Part shown: piece after piece, positions 9,902 to 20,507 of the stretch | Numbering within the stretch: the first letter of the stretch is position 1 | Layout of the letters: each line of letters opens with the position of its first letter | Source: Bacteroidia bacterium | GTDB lineage: Bacteria; Bacteroidota; Bacteroidia; Bacteroidales; UBA932 | DNA length: 64,000 nt | Assembly (NCBI GenBank): GCA_009929175.1 | Contig: SABC01000006.1 | Coordinates: 1,655 to 65,654, forward strand | Reading direction: 5' to 3' | The notes under the pieces: model-generated | What the model was told of the DNA's origin: nothing | The model's input: only the letters and a program-made list of their open reading frames with translations | The model's database searches: none | Position numbers and translations under genes: made by a program

Positions 9902-10969
9902 TTATTCTCCCAAAAGGATTCCGGTACCACGGGTTCCTGCAGTGAAAAGAAGTGAATGGTTCTTTGGGCTTCTCTTTTTCCAGTCCCCTTTGTTGTATGC
10001 GTAGCTGAGAATCAGAGGGACAACGGTTGTTGCCTCTGCATATACCATCTGTTCGTGGGCTGTGTCTACCTTACCCCATGAATTGGCCTCTTTCAAGGTA
10101 GAAGAAGAGCATGCCCCGTCTCGAACATCGGCAACAGTTATCTGAACTGCGTATTTATGCATTGGGACATCAAAACCGAGGCACTCGGCGCAAACAACTG
10201 TATCTTGTGCAAAGTTTTTGGGAACTCCTCCCCCGATCATGAACAGACCACTGCTTGGGGCGGTCATCTTAACCTCGGTCAGTTCGCGGAAATCGGCCAC
10301 TGAGTCGATTGACAAGTAGGGTTTGCCTTCTCGCATCCTCTCTACCTGGTGCATCACAAGACCGAATCCTGCACTGGAGTCACTGAACGCAGGAACGAAA
10401 ATCGGAACGTTGTGTTCGTAAGCTGTCTGAATAAGAGAGTTCTTTTTTACAGAGTTTTTAGTAAGCCATTTACCCATCTCGTGGATGAATTCACGTGAAG
10501 AGTAGGGCCTTGCTTCCAGCGAGTCGGCAATCAGCTTAATGGTTGCATCGCAATTTTGCAGCTGCTCTTCATCGATGTAGGTATCGTAGATCCTGTCAAT
10601 GTAGTTTTCCCTCAAATGGGTGTCGTTTATGAATTGACTGCCTTTGTAGTGTTTGAATCCAAGTGCCTCGAAAAAGTCCATATCTATTATGGAGGCTCCT
10701 GTGGCAACCACGGCATCTATCATATTGAAGCGGATCATGTCCACGTAGGCTTGCATGCAACCACCGGCAGAGGTGCTGCCTGCGAGGATGAGCCAGTTTG
10801 TGGAAGCAGTGTCATTTATCATCATCTGGAGGATATCGGCAGCAGCAGCCGTATCCCTTGAAGAGAATGACATTTCACGCATCGAATCTATTATGTAAGT
10901 AGAATCGAATGCCGTAATGTCGATGTGCTTGATGGTATCTTTAAGAAGATCTTTTTTTGTTGGTTTCAT
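9902..10969 (-). CDS. Deoxyhypusine synthase-like protein, probably SpeY-type polyamine (homospermidine pathway) enzyme
   Basis: LAGSTSAGGC, ATGASIIDMDFFEALG, DRIYD, GGGVPKNF and DGACSSSTLKEANSWGK with the conserved imine-forming Lys. Confidence 0.85.
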   Translation of the reverse strand: MKPTKKDLLKDTIKHIDITAFDSTYIIDSMREMSFSSRDTAAAADILQMMINDTASTNWLILAGSTSAGGCMQAYVDMIRFNMIDAVVATGASIIDMDFFEALGFKHYKGSQFINDTHLRENYIDRIYDTYIDEEQLQNCDATIKLIADSLEARPYSSREFIHEMGKWLTKNSVKKNSLIQTAYEHNVPIFVPAFSDSSAGFGLVMHQVERMREGKPYLSIDSVADFRELTEVKMTAPSSGLFMIGGGVPKNFAQDTVVCAECLGFDVPMHKYAVQITVADVRDGACSSSTLKEANSWGKVDTAHEQMVYAEATTVVPLILSYAYNKGDWKKRSPKNHSLLFTAGTRGTGILLGE

Positions 10970-11006
10970 ATCAATTTGCTTTACTATACTTTACCTCTAT
11001 ATTGTG

Positions 11007-11052
11007 CAAAGATAGATAATTTAAATTAAGAACAAGATTTTTACTATTTTTG
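11007..11052. promoter_or_regulatory. Divergent promoter pair (DHS-like gene / lysA)
   Basis: TATCTTTG on minus (11014-11007) and TATTTTTG on plus (11045-11052). Confidence 0.65.
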
Positions 11053-11097
11053 CCGCTGACAAAATCGAAAGTATAATTATACCTTAACTTTTTTTAT

Positions 11098-12246
11098 ATG
11101 TTTGACCAAAAGACCATCGAACACTTTTCAACCCTGGAAACCCCCTTCTATTACTATGATATGAAGTTGTTGAAAAAAACTCTGGATGCCTACACCAAAG
11201 AACTTAAGAAGTATGATTTTCATGCACATTATGCCTTGAAGGCCAATGCCAATGACAGGATACTTGACTTGATGAAGGAGTATGGTCTTGGTGCAGATTG
11301 TGTGAGCGGGAATGAGGTTTCACTTGCTCTCAGGAGTGGGTTTGATCCGGGTGATGTGGTTTTTGCCGGGGTTGGAAAATCGGACAAGGAGATTGAGACA
11401 GCTTTGAATGGTGGTATTTTTTCATTCAATTGTGAGTCTATCCCCGAGATTGAGGTGATCAACGAAATTGCATGCAGGTTGGGCAAAAGGGCATCTGTTT
11501 CGCTCAGGATCAATCCCGATATTGATGCTCATACCCATAAATACATAACAACAGGTAAGTCAAAGAATAAATTTGGGATAAGCCACTGGATGTTTGATGA
11601 TATAATAAGCACTTTGAGAGGTTGCCAAAACCTGGATTTTGCCGGATTGCACTTTCATGTCGGATCGCAGATAACCGATCTCAATGTTTTCAAAATGCTT
11701 GCCTTGAGAGTGAATGAAATATCCAAGGCTTTCATAGACAAAGGGATGTATCCCAAAAACATAAATCTGGGAGGAGGTTTGGGAATTGATTACGCTGATC
11801 CTGATACAAATCCCGTTCCGGACTTTAAAACATATTTTTCCATAATTGATAAAAATCTGCTAAGGGAGCCTGGGCAGTCGGTTCATTTTGAGCCTGGAAG
11901 GGCTTTGATTGCGCAATGTGGTTCACTTATTTCAAGGGTTCTTTATGTTAAGATCGGAAAGGGAAGGAAATTCGCAATACTGGATGCCGGTATGAACGAC
12001 TTGATCAGGCCGGCATTATACCAGGCATCGCACAAAATAGATAACCTCACATCCTCCGGTAAACAAAAAAGGTACGATGTGGTTGGTCCTGTGTGTGAGT
12101 CCAGTGATACATTCGGCAGCAATATATTGCTCCCCGAAACAGGCAGGGGAGACCTGATGGCCATTCGCTCGGCAGGCGCTTACGGACAGGTTATGGCAAT
12201 GAAATACAACCAGAGGGACCTGGCTCCCGAGATTTATTCAGAATAA
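11098..12246 (+). CDS. lysA: Diaminopimelate decarboxylase
   Basis: TPFYYYD, HYALKAN (PLP Lys), THKYITTG..NKFG, HFHVGSQI, EPGR, RPALY, GPVCESSD and AGAYG. Confidence 0.93.
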   Translation: MFDQKTIEHFSTLETPFYYYDMKLLKKTLDAYTKELKKYDFHAHYALKANANDRILDLMKEYGLGADCVSGNEVSLALRSGFDPGDVVFAGVGKSDKEIETALNGGIFSFNCESIPEIEVINEIACRLGKRASVSLRINPDIDAHTHKYITTGKSKNKFGISHWMFDDIISTLRGCQNLDFAGLHFHVGSQITDLNVFKMLALRVNEISKAFIDKGMYPKNINLGGGLGIDYADPDTNPVPDFKTYFSIIDKNLLREPGQSVHFEPGRALIAQCGSLISRVLYVKIGKGRKFAILDAGMNDLIRPALYQASHKIDNLTSSGKQKRYDVVGPVCESSDTFGSNILLPETGRGDLMAIRSAGAYGQVMAMKYNQRDLAPEIYSE

Positions 12247-12258
12247 AATTATTTCATT

Positions 12259-12867
12259 ATGGCAAGAGTAAGCTCAAAAGAGAGATATGTGACAAAGGTG
12301 TATGAATTATTCCGCAAAAAAGGTCTTAAACTGACTATGGACGATATTGCGGTGGAACTTAAACTTACCAAAAAAACACTTTACAATAACTTCAAAAGCA
12401 AGGAGGTGCTTATGCGGACTGTAATGCAGTTTGTCATTGAAGATATTGAGTTCAAAATCAACCTCTCACTGAGCCAGGGGAAAAATGCGATAGAGGCACT
12501 GTTCCATTCCAGCAGTATGATGAACAAAACCCTGGAAGAGTTAGGACCTCAGTTGTTAAGTGATTCTTCCAAGTATCTGCCGGATCTCAAAGTACTGGAC
12601 CATACAAACAGGATGAGCTTTTATTCAAGAATTATTTCGGAGAACCTGGAGAGGGGTGTTCTGGAAGGATTGTACAGATCGGACATAAACAAAGAGCTAG
12701 CAACACTGTTCTTTACCTCTGCCATGGCAAAAATCTATTCATGGAATGGTTCTTATGTTTTTTTAAGGGATCCGTTCCTTTTTCATTCTGAGCTTGTAAG
12801 ATACCATTTGGAGGCTGTGGTCAACGATAGTGGCAGGGAAATCCTCCGTTCTTTTATTCAAAAATGA
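12259..12867 (+). CDS. TetR/AcrR family transcriptional regulator
   Basis: N-terminal HTH TMDDIAVELKLTKKTLYNNFKSKE. Confidence 0.88.
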   Translation: MARVSSKERYVTKVYELFRKKGLKLTMDDIAVELKLTKKTLYNNFKSKEVLMRTVMQFVIEDIEFKINLSLSQGKNAIEALFHSSSMMNKTLEELGPQLLSDSSKYLPDLKVLDHTNRMSFYSRIISENLERGVLEGLYRSDINKELATLFFTSAMAKIYSWNGSYVFLRDPFLFHSELVRYHLEAVVNDSGREILRSFIQK

Positions 12868-12868
12868 C

Positions 12869-12876
12869 TACTTTTG
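12869..12876 (+). promoter_or_regulatory. -7 promoter box upstream of ffh
   Basis: TACTTTTG 18 nt before the ffh ATG. Confidence 0.6.
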
Positions 12877-12894
12877 CGGTTTAATTATTAAAAA

Positions 12895-14229
12895 ATGTTT
12901 GAAAATCTAATTGACAGACTGGAGAGTTCCTTTAAGCTTCTTAAGGGAGAGGGCAGGATTACCGAAATCAATATTGCCGAGACTTTAAAAGATATACGTA
13001 AAGCACTTTTAGACGCCGACGTTAGTTACAAGATAGCCAAATCCTTTTGTGACGATGTAAAGGAAAAGGCATTGGGTCAGAATGTACTTAAGGCTGTCCG
13101 TCCAGGGCAGATGATGACCAAAATAGTCCATGACGAACTTGCACGTCTCATGGGCAGCGAGGCAACCGATATCAATGTAAAGGGCAATCCTGGTGTTGTG
13201 TTGGTTGCCGGTCTGCAGGGTTCCGGTAAAACCACATTCAGTGGTAAACTGGCACTAAACTGCCGTACAAAAAGAGCCCTTAAGACCATGTTGGTGGCTT
13301 GTGACGTTTACCGTCCTGCAGCAATTGAGCAACTTAAGATACTGGGGGAGCAGACAGGTGTTTTCGTATACACCGAAGAGGGCGTGAATGAGCCGGTCAA
13401 AATTGCCCGTAATGCAATTGCCAAAGCCAAACAAGAGGGGTATTCCTTGGTCATAATCGATACTGCCGGACGTCTTGCCATTGATGAGCAGATGATGGAG
13501 GAGATTGCTTCAATAAAAAAGGCTGTCAACCCTTCCGAAACACTTTTTGTTGTGGATTCCATGACTGGTCAGGATGCTGTTGAGACAGCAAGGAATTTTA
13601 ACGAAAGGCTTGATTTTGATGGAGTTGTCCTTACAAAACTGGACGGTGACACCCGTGGTGGTGCTGCTCTTTCTATACGGGCAGTTGTTAACAAACCGAT
13701 CAAGTTTGTCTCTGCCGGCGAAAAAATGGAAGCGCTGGATGTTTTCCATCCCAAGCGTATTGCAGACAGGATCCTCGGAATGGGGGACGTTGTTTCACTT
13801 GTAGAAAAGGCACAGGAGCAATTCAATGAAGAGGAGGCCAGGAAGCTGCAGCGAAAACTCGCAAAAGACCAGTTCACACTTTCGGACTTTTTCGACCAAA
13901 TACAACAGATCAAAAAGATGGGAAACATCAAGGATCTGGCATCCATGATACCTGGAATGGGAAAGGCCCTTAAAGATGTGGAGATGGATAACTCTGCATT
14001 CAAAAGCATTGAAGCCATAATCCAGTCTATGACAGTTCTGGAGAGGGAAAATCCCGATCTGCTTAACGGAAGCCGTCGCAAGAGGATTGCAGATGGGAGC
14101 GGAACCTCCATTGCTGAGATCAACAGGTTGGTAAAACAGTTCGAAGATACCCGCAAAATGATGAAGAATATGGCTGGTGGCGGTGCCGGTAAAGCCATGA
14201 GGGCTATGGGAGCATTAAAAAGAAGATAA
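12895..14229 (+). CDS. ffh: Signal recognition particle protein
   Basis: ALLDADV, GLQGSGKTT, DTAGRL, TKLDGDTRGGAALS and Met-rich M domain with SRRKRIA.GSG. Confidence 0.97.
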   Translation: MFENLIDRLESSFKLLKGEGRITEINIAETLKDIRKALLDADVSYKIAKSFCDDVKEKALGQNVLKAVRPGQMMTKIVHDELARLMGSEATDINVKGNPGVVLVAGLQGSGKTTFSGKLALNCRTKRALKTMLVACDVYRPAAIEQLKILGEQTGVFVYTEEGVNEPVKIARNAIAKAKQEGYSLVIIDTAGRLAIDEQMMEEIASIKKAVNPSETLFVVDSMTGQDAVETARNFNERLDFDGVVLTKLDGDTRGGAALSIRAVVNKPIKFVSAGEKMEALDVFHPKRIADRILGMGDVVSLVEKAQEQFNEEEARKLQRKLAKDQFTLSDFFDQIQQIKKMGNIKDLASMIPGMGKALKDVEMDNSAFKSIEAIIQSMTVLERENPDLLNGSRRKRIADGSGTSIAEINRLVKQFEDTRKMMKNMAGGGAGKAMRAMGALKRR

Positions 14230-14250
14230 TCATATTAAAGAGTTTGAGCA

Positions 14251-15117
14251 ATGACAATATTGGACGGTAAGGCTACTGCAGATGCTATCAAAGAGGAGAT
14301 TGCACTCAAGGTGGCAGATATAGTCGGCAAGGGTGGCAAAAGGCCGCACCTGGCCGCAATCCTGGTAGGTGAGGACGGAGCCTCTCAAACATATGTGGGT
14401 CACAAAGAGAAGGCGTGCAAACAAGTTGGTTTTGATTCTACTCTCCTTCGGTTGCCTAGCGATATTTCGCAGGACCAATTGCTAAAAAAAATCAGGGAAA
14501 TCAATTCGGATCCCTCGGTAAACGGGTTGATTGTCCAGCTTCCTCTTCCGGAACATATTGATGAACAGCTTGTTATTGAGGCGATAGATCCCGAAAAGGA
14601 TGTCGATGGTTTCCATCCGGTAAACGTAGGGAAAATGGTACTCGGACTCCCGTCGTTTGTCTCTGCAACACCGGCTGGCATTCTGGAACTTTTAAAAAGG
14701 TACAAGATTGAAACTTCCGGTAAACATTGTGTGATAATAGGCAGAAGCAATATTGTCGGGAAACCTGTTGCAAACCTGCTTTTGCAAAAAGGATATCCCG
14801 GAGATTGTACGGTAAGTGTGTGTCACAGCCGCACAAAAAACCTTAAGGAGATTACATTGCAGGCAGATATCATAATTGCAGCCCTTGGTGTTGCCGAATT
14901 CCTGAAAGGAGATATGGTAAAAGAGGGAGCAATTGTGATAGATGTGGGAATCACAAGGGTAAAAGCCGATAACAAGACCGGCTTCAAACTTTTGGGAGAT
15001 GTCAAATTTGACGAAGTTGCCCCAAAATGCTCTTACATTACCCCGGTCCCGGGAGGTGTTGGCCCAATGACGATCATCTCTCTGTTGACCAACACCTTGA
15101 AGGCTACCGGCAATTAA
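14251..15117 (+). CDS. folD: Methylenetetrahydrofolate dehydrogenase/cyclohydrolase
   Basis: [23 protein letters not shown] and [11 protein letters not shown]. Confidence 0.97.
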   Translation: MTILDGKATADAIKEEIALKVADIVGKGGKRPHLAAILVGEDGASQTYVGHKEKACKQVGFDSTLLRLPSDISQDQLLKKIREINSDPSVNGLIVQLPLPEHIDEQLVIEAIDPEKDVDGFHPVNVGKMVLGLPSFVSATPAGILELLKRYKIETSGKHCVIIGRSNIVGKPVANLLLQKGYPGDCTVSVCHSRTKNLKEITLQADIIIAALGVAEFLKGDMVKEGAIVIDVGITRVKADNKTGFKLLGDVKFDEVAPKCSYITPVPGGVGPMTIISLLTNTLKATGN

Positions 15118-17552
15118 TTGCCACCAGAAACCCTGGAGGTCTCCTCTATTGTTCCTACTCTCCTTTGTTTGTAGGCTTTACCCTTTCCAAAACGATACTG
15201 GAAACTCAGGGTAATCCTGCTGCTGCGATATTGGGATTCAAACTTGTAGAATTCCAGGCCAGGGTTTATTGACTCGTTCTTTTCGAGGTTTACCCTGCTC
15301 CGGCTTGTCCGAAAAATATCAGTGGCAACCAGAGAGAGGGTTCCTTTGTTTTCAAACATTCCCTTTTTGATTCCCAAGGTTAAATCTGCAACTGGTTCCA
15401 GCTCAAAGAGGCCATAAGGGGTTTTCCCTTGGAACCATCCGCTTAGCTCTGCTTTGAGATTGTCAGGCAATAGAAAGGTAAAATTAAGATTCCCTTGAGT
15501 GACAAATGAATTCCTGTAAAATCCGGAGTGTTTTGTTTCCCAAAAAGAGTTGTTGAGATTGGCGTTTGCAAGCAGCCACTTTCTTACAGGATATTCGGTT
15601 ACTGAAAGGTTGATCCCGGCAATGATGGATTTGCCGAAATTATCCCAGTAAAGGGTCTTTTCCTGGACGCTGTTAGTGAAATATGGCATCTGTACTTTTG
15701 CATTTCTGATGGTGGTGCCGTTTAATGAAAAGTGGAAGTGGTTGCCAAGACTCAGGCTGAGACTTGCCTGGTTTGCATATTGCGGTTGCAGCTCGGGGTT
15801 CCCCATTCCCGAACTGGTAGCATCTATGTAGTATTTCTGCGGGTTGAGCTCTTCATAACCGGGTCTTTCTATCCTGGACGAAAATGACAATCCTATCCTG
15901 GTTTTTTCGTTTGGATTGTATCCGATAAAGAGTGTCGGAAAAAAATCCACGTAGTTTTTGTTGGTTGTAGTATCGGCGCTGTACCACTCCCCTTTGGAGC
16001 TTGTGAATTCGGCCCGGATACCCCCTTTCAAGGTGAGCTTGGGGGTAATCTGGCCACCTAAGGAGATATAAGATGCGGAAATGTTTTCGGAATAATCAAA
16101 CAATGTCCCTTTTTGAGGTGCCGTTTCCCATTGATCTCCAATTTTATCCCTCCATATAAGATTATTGTCGGTAATTGAACGGGCTACCTTGATTCCAGCC
16201 TCTACTTTCCCTCCGTTGAACACTTCGCTTTCGAAATCGGCCTTGAATGAGTAAATGCTGATTCCCTGGTCGGAGTCGCTTTCAAATATCAAAGGGGATT
16301 TTTGACTGGTTGAGCCTGGAGTCGTGTAATTGTTCTCCTGGTAACTCAATCTCCCCGATTTATAGTTGTAATGGTCTGCATTGAAGGTTATCTCGGCTTT
16401 ATTTTCAAAAAAATGGGTGTAGTTGAGGTTTGCAGAGACGTTGTCAAAATAGATGTCGTTGTTTATAATTGAAGCGGTAACCTCAGCAGGGTGACCATCT
16501 GCATAGAGAATGCTTCCTGTGTTGTTGTCGGTCATGTCCTGGTATTCCCTCCACATTCCGCCAACAACAAAACCAATTATATTCTTTTTGTCGATATGGT
16601 AATCTGTAGAAAACTTAAGGTTAACCCCCTCGTTGGGCCTGTACATATGAGTGTGGCTCTTTATCATTGAGCCTCCCGTAACATGGGTTTCGGTATCGAA
16701 TGTATTGAATCCTTCATAGTAGCGTGGAGAGAAGGAGAGAGTGGAATTGACCTTTTCGCTTCTTAAATTTAACATAACTGAACCATCATATCCTTCATAA
16801 TACTTTTGTTTGTAAGGCGCTGCCATATATGATCCTCTGATTGTCCCGCTTAATCCTTGTGCGAAATTTTTCCTTGTACGTATATTTATGATCCCTCCCG
16901 ATCCGGAAGCATCATACCTTGCAGAGGGATGGGAGATGATTTCTATTTTGTCGATAGATGATCCCTCTGTACCAGACAAAAGAGATTCAAGATCGGATCC
17001 GGAAATATTTGAAGGTCTTCCGTCTATCCATATCTGAACGTTGGATCCGTTAAGTTTGATATTCCCCGAAGGGTCGACACTTACACCTGGAGCCCTTTTT
17101 AGGATATCCATGGCATTGCTGCCATCTGTTGATACAGCCTCGGCAACATTCATTACCAGTTTGTCCATTTTTTGCTCTATAACCGGAACCCTGGCAGTAA
17201 TAACCGCAGATTTTAACACTGCCTTGTCTTCGGAGAGTTCAATGGTACCTAAATCTACCTCTCCGGACATATCCTGGATAATCATTGTAGTATCCTTGAA
17301 TCCGATAAACGAGACCTTAAGGGCACATTTTGCAGCATTATCGTTTTTCAATACGAAAGAACCATCAATAGAAGTGGTTGTACCACCTAGTATTTGATTG
17401 TCATTTGTTTGCAGTATAACGGTAGCAAAGGAAAGGGCGCTTTTGCTCCCTTTCTCTACTACTTTGCCGGTAATTGTCAATATGTTTTTGGCAGAAACCA
17501 TTGAGATTGTCAAGATTAATGTGAAAAACAGGGTCGATAGTTTGCGTAACAT
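15114..17552 (-). CDS. TonB-dependent-receptor-like outer membrane beta-barrel (CarboxypepD-like + plug + barrel), copy 2
   Basis: Signal peptide; N-terminal beta-sandwich (GKV...L.FATV..GGTT..DGSF..VSFIGF); plug [36 protein letters not shown]; amphipathic strands ending YRFG. Confidence 0.85.
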   Translation of the reverse strand: MLRKLSTLFFTLILTISMVSAKNILTITGKVVEKGSKSALSFATVILQTNDNQILGGTTTSIDGSFVLKNDNAAKCALKVSFIGFKDTTMIIQDMSGEVDLGTIELSEDKAVLKSAVITARVPVIEQKMDKLVMNVAEAVSTDGSNAMDILKRAPGVSVDPSGNIKLNGSNVQIWIDGRPSNISGSDLESLLSGTEGSSIDKIEIISHPSARYDASGSGGIINIRTRKNFAQGLSGTIRGSYMAAPYKQKYYEGYDGSVMLNLRSEKVNSTLSFSPRYYEGFNTFDTETHVTGGSMIKSHTHMYRPNEGVNLKFSTDYHIDKKNIIGFVVGGMWREYQDMTDNNTGSILYADGHPAEVTASIINNDIYFDNVSANLNYTHFFENKAEITFNADHYNYKSGRLSYQENNYTTPGSTSQKSPLIFESDSDQGISIYSFKADFESEVFNGGKVEAGIKVARSITDNNLIWRDKIGDQWETAPQKGTLFDYSENISASYISLGGQITPKLTLKGGIRAEFTSSKGEWYSADTTTNKNYVDFFPTLFIGYNPNEKTRIGLSFSSRIERPGYEELNPQKYYIDATSSGMGNPELQPQYANQASLSLSLGNHFHFSLNGTTIRNAKVQMPYFTNSVQEKTLYWDNFGKSIIAGINLSVTEYPVRKWLLANANLNNSFWETKHSGFYRNSFVTQGNLNFTFLLPDNLKAELSGWFQGKTPYGLFELEPVADLTLGIKKGMFENKGTLSLVATDIFRTSRSRVNLEKNESINPGLEFYKFESQYRSSRITLSFQYRFGKGKAYKQRRVGTIEETSRVSGGN

Positions 17553-17606
17553 AGATGTGTGAATAAATTAGTAGTTTGTAATGCATGATATATTTTTCAC
17601 ACCTAT

Positions 17607-17634
17607 AGACGACACACCTGATAAAAAAGTTGCA
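17607..17634 (-). promoter_or_regulatory. ECF-sigma-type promoter
   Basis: Minus strand TGCAAC-N17-CGTCT, 54 nt before the ATG at 17552. Confidence 0.6.
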
Positions 17635-17645
17635 TTTTTTTAAAT

Positions 17646-20072
17646 TTAATTTTGGGTACCTACCCTGGAAGCCTCTTCCAGATTCCCGACTTTCCTTGAC
17701 CTGTATGCTTTTCCCTGCCCAAACCGGAAGGTAAAGGAGAGGGCGATTCGTTGGTTGCTGAACTTGTTTTCAAATATGTACTCTGTACCATCTGGCTCAG
17801 AATATTTGGCAGTGGTGGACAGTGTCTTGAAAATATCATAGAACATTAGGGAGATTTGTGCCTTGTTTTGGGCAAAGTTCTTTTTTATTCCGGCATCTAT
17901 CTGCCCGGTAGGGTCAATGTCAAATTTTCCGTAAGGTATCCCCGATTGGTAAAACCCTGTCAGCTCTGCCTTATAGTCTTTAGGTAACATGAACGTAAGG
18001 TTGAAATATCCGTTGGAGAAGAGGGACTCGTTTTTATATTCCTCCGACTTATTGCTAACCTGGGCAATAAAGAGATTCCCATTGAAGGTCAACCAACTGC
18101 TAAGCGGATATTCTGATGCCGAGATACTTGCTCCTGCAAAGCTCTGTTTCCCGAAGTTATCCCACTTTATTATTCTTTCTCCACTTTGGGTATCAATAAA
18201 GGGAGACTGAATGATGACGTTCTTTGTGAACTGACCGGTCAATGCAAGGTTAAAATGGTTCTTATAGCCTGCCGACAAAGAAAATGTGTTTGTTTTTTCG
18301 GGAGTCAGTTCAGGATTACCCTCAATTGAACTTGATGCGTCAATGTACATACGGAAGGGATTCATCTGTCTGAAGTTGGGCCTTTTTATACGGGTGGAGT
18401 AGGAGAGTCCCAACCTTAGGTCTGCACTAGGATTGTATCCGGCGAACAGTGTCGGGAAGAGGTCAATGTAATTGGCCGTGGTTTTAGTTCCTGCACTAAT
18501 CCACTCTCCCTTCGAAGAGGTGTGCTCTGCCCTGAGTCCTCCTTTGAAATTCCATTTGGTGCCTGCCTGGCCCGCAAGTGTCGCGTATAACGCGGTAATA
18601 TCTTCGTTGTAGCTGAAGAGCGAACTTTGACCGTTATCCTTTTGCCAGAAACCATCAATCAGGTTTTCCATCAACAGGTTGTTGTCTGTTATGCTTCTTG
18701 CCCATTTGAAACCAGCTTCACCAATCAACTTTCCTAATATTTTTTGCTGGTGGTCAACTCTTAGGGAATAGATGTTGATACCCTGCTCCGAATTGGTCCG
18801 GAACCGGTGCCGGTCCATAATACCCCCGTCGGGTGAGATGGATGTGTTCTTTTGGTCAGCATCTTTGTCAATGTCATAATTTCCCCAGTCTGCATTGATT
18901 GTGAACTCATCACCATCACGGATGATATGGGTGTAGTTTAGGTTGGCGTTGATGTAGCCGTAACTATCCTTTCCATCGTTCCTTGTGGTTGTGGTATTGG
19001 CCAGCTCTCCGTTGATATAGAGCTTGTTCCATGTGTTGGTTCCCAGATTTGACTTGGTGTTGCTCTTCATGGCATTTATCACGAAACCGGCGATGTTTTT
19101 CTTGTCCAGGAACTGGTCCCTGTTGATCCGTATAAGGTTGTTGGAGCTGATCCAGTTTGATCCGGTATTGCCTTTTAGTGCCCGGTCCTCTCCGAAGATT
19201 GTGCTGGATGTGATTTTTTCGTAACTCTCCTTGTAATCAGCCGAATAGTTGATTGAGGTGTTGGATTTGTCGTTACGGTAGCTAAGGCTGAGTGCACCGT
19301 TGGTCTGGTTCAAAGGTTTATCGTTGGGAGAGATATTATAACTTCCTTTTAAAGAGCCATTCAACCCCTTTGCAAAGTTCTTCTTGGTTTTGATGTTGAT
19401 AATCCCTCCCGAACCAGAGGCATCATATTTTGCGGAGGGGTGGGCAATTATCTCAATCTTGTCTATGGAAGAGCCATCTGTCCCGCTAAGGAGTATTTGC
19501 AGCTCTTCTCCGCTCAGGTTGGAAGGCCTTCCGTCTATCCAAACTTGTACACTATTGCCGTTCAGAAGTATGTTCCCGGATGGATCTACAGAAACTCCAG
19601 GTGCCTTACGGAGCACCTCCAACGCATTGCTCCCTTGTGTGGCTACAGATTCCGAAACATTCATCACAATTTTGTCCAGTTTTTGCTCAATCACCGGCAC
19701 TTTGGCGGTAACAACAGCACTGGTGAGGTTTGACTGGGACGATATGAGAGGAATCTTTCCAACGTCAATCGACGTAATGCTGTTTTCCAGTGTAATGGGT
19801 ATGATGGTATCCAGGAAGCCTATAAATGATACTTTTAAGATGAAATTTCCTGCTGCATCAGTGCTGAGTACGAATGCACCGTCATCGGAAGATGTGGTGC
19901 CGCAAATGGTTTTGTTATCTGCGTCGGCAAGGCAGATTGTGGCATATGACAGGGCATTCCCGTTCTCTTTTTCGATAACTATACCCCTTATAGAGACTTT
20001 GGAAGATGCTGTTGCATCTATGTGGAGCATTGAAAGAATTATAAATAGCAGTGAAAGAGCTTTTGTTTTCAT
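17646..20072 (-). CDS. TonB-dependent-receptor-like outer membrane beta-barrel, copy 1 (paralog of 15114-17552)
   Basis: Same architecture and near-identical plug region ([13 protein letters not shown]...IDGRPSNLSG...[17 protein letters not shown]). Start moved to ATG 20072 (MKTKALS signal peptide). Confidence 0.85.
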   Translation of the reverse strand: MKTKALSLLFIILSMLHIDATASSKVSIRGIVIEKENGNALSYATICLADADNKTICGTTSSDDGAFVLSTDAAGNFILKVSFIGFLDTIIPITLENSITSIDVGKIPLISSQSNLTSAVVTAKVPVIEQKLDKIVMNVSESVATQGSNALEVLRKAPGVSVDPSGNILLNGNSVQVWIDGRPSNLSGEELQILLSGTDGSSIDKIEIIAHPSAKYDASGSGGIINIKTKKNFAKGLNGSLKGSYNISPNDKPLNQTNGALSLSYRNDKSNTSINYSADYKESYEKITSSTIFGEDRALKGNTGSNWISSNNLIRINRDQFLDKKNIAGFVINAMKSNTKSNLGTNTWNKLYINGELANTTTTRNDGKDSYGYINANLNYTHIIRDGDEFTINADWGNYDIDKDADQKNTSISPDGGIMDRHRFRTNSEQGINIYSLRVDHQQKILGKLIGEAGFKWARSITDNNLLMENLIDGFWQKDNGQSSLFSYNEDITALYATLAGQAGTKWNFKGGLRAEHTSSKGEWISAGTKTTANYIDLFPTLFAGYNPSADLRLGLSYSTRIKRPNFRQMNPFRMYIDASSSIEGNPELTPEKTNTFSLSAGYKNHFNLALTGQFTKNVIIQSPFIDTQSGERIIKWDNFGKQSFAGASISASEYPLSSWLTFNGNLFIAQVSNKSEEYKNESLFSNGYFNLTFMLPKDYKAELTGFYQSGIPYGKFDIDPTGQIDAGIKKNFAQNKAQISLMFYDIFKTLSTTAKYSEPDGTEYIFENKFSNQRIALSFTFRFGQGKAYRSRKVGNLEEASRVGTQN

Positions 20073-20154
20073 TACATCAATTATTAAGGTTAGAAATTTG
20101 CACACTTCACCAACACTTAAAGACTGATGTTGTAATATCTTCTATTTTAAAAGG

Positions 20155-20502
20155 TTATTTTACATACTTTGGAAGATCGGACAGGGTTATTCCCAGCATC
20201 TCCATCTTTTTTAGAATCAAAGGGAGCTCATCGTTTACGAATATGTCTCTTTGCATAGACAATATTTTCTTTTTTGCACCTGGTTCGACAAAGAATCCAA
20301 CTCCCCGTTTGTTGTAAATGATAGTTGATCCGGTAAGGTGTTCGTAGGTACGCAGGATTGTATTTGGGTTTACACCAAGGATACTCCCGAGTTCCCTGAC
20401 CGAGGGAATCCTCTCCTCCTCTGGCCACTCTCCGGATAATATCCTTTCACAGATATTGTCGGAAATTTGCAGGTATATAGGTTTGTGTTCATTGAATTCC
20501 AT
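20155..20502 (-). CDS. GntR family regulator, YtrA subfamily
   Basis: PIYLQI...IPSVREL...GVNPNT..R.Y...KRGVGFFV with a very short C-terminal domain; co-transcribed with an ABC transporter. Confidence 0.9.
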   Translation of the reverse strand: MEFNEHKPIYLQISDNICERILSGEWPEEERIPSVRELGSILGVNPNTILRTYEHLTGSTIIYNKRGVGFFVEPGAKKKILSMQRDIFVNDELPLILKKMEMLGITLSDLPKYVK

Positions 20503-20507
20503 GATTG

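Noticed and set aside
19384-20127. 247-aa plus-strand ORF (also 13569-14198, 36692-37342, 27785-28423, 58756-59382, 50510-51070)
   Set aside because: They lie antisense to well-supported conserved genes and show no recognisable motifs.
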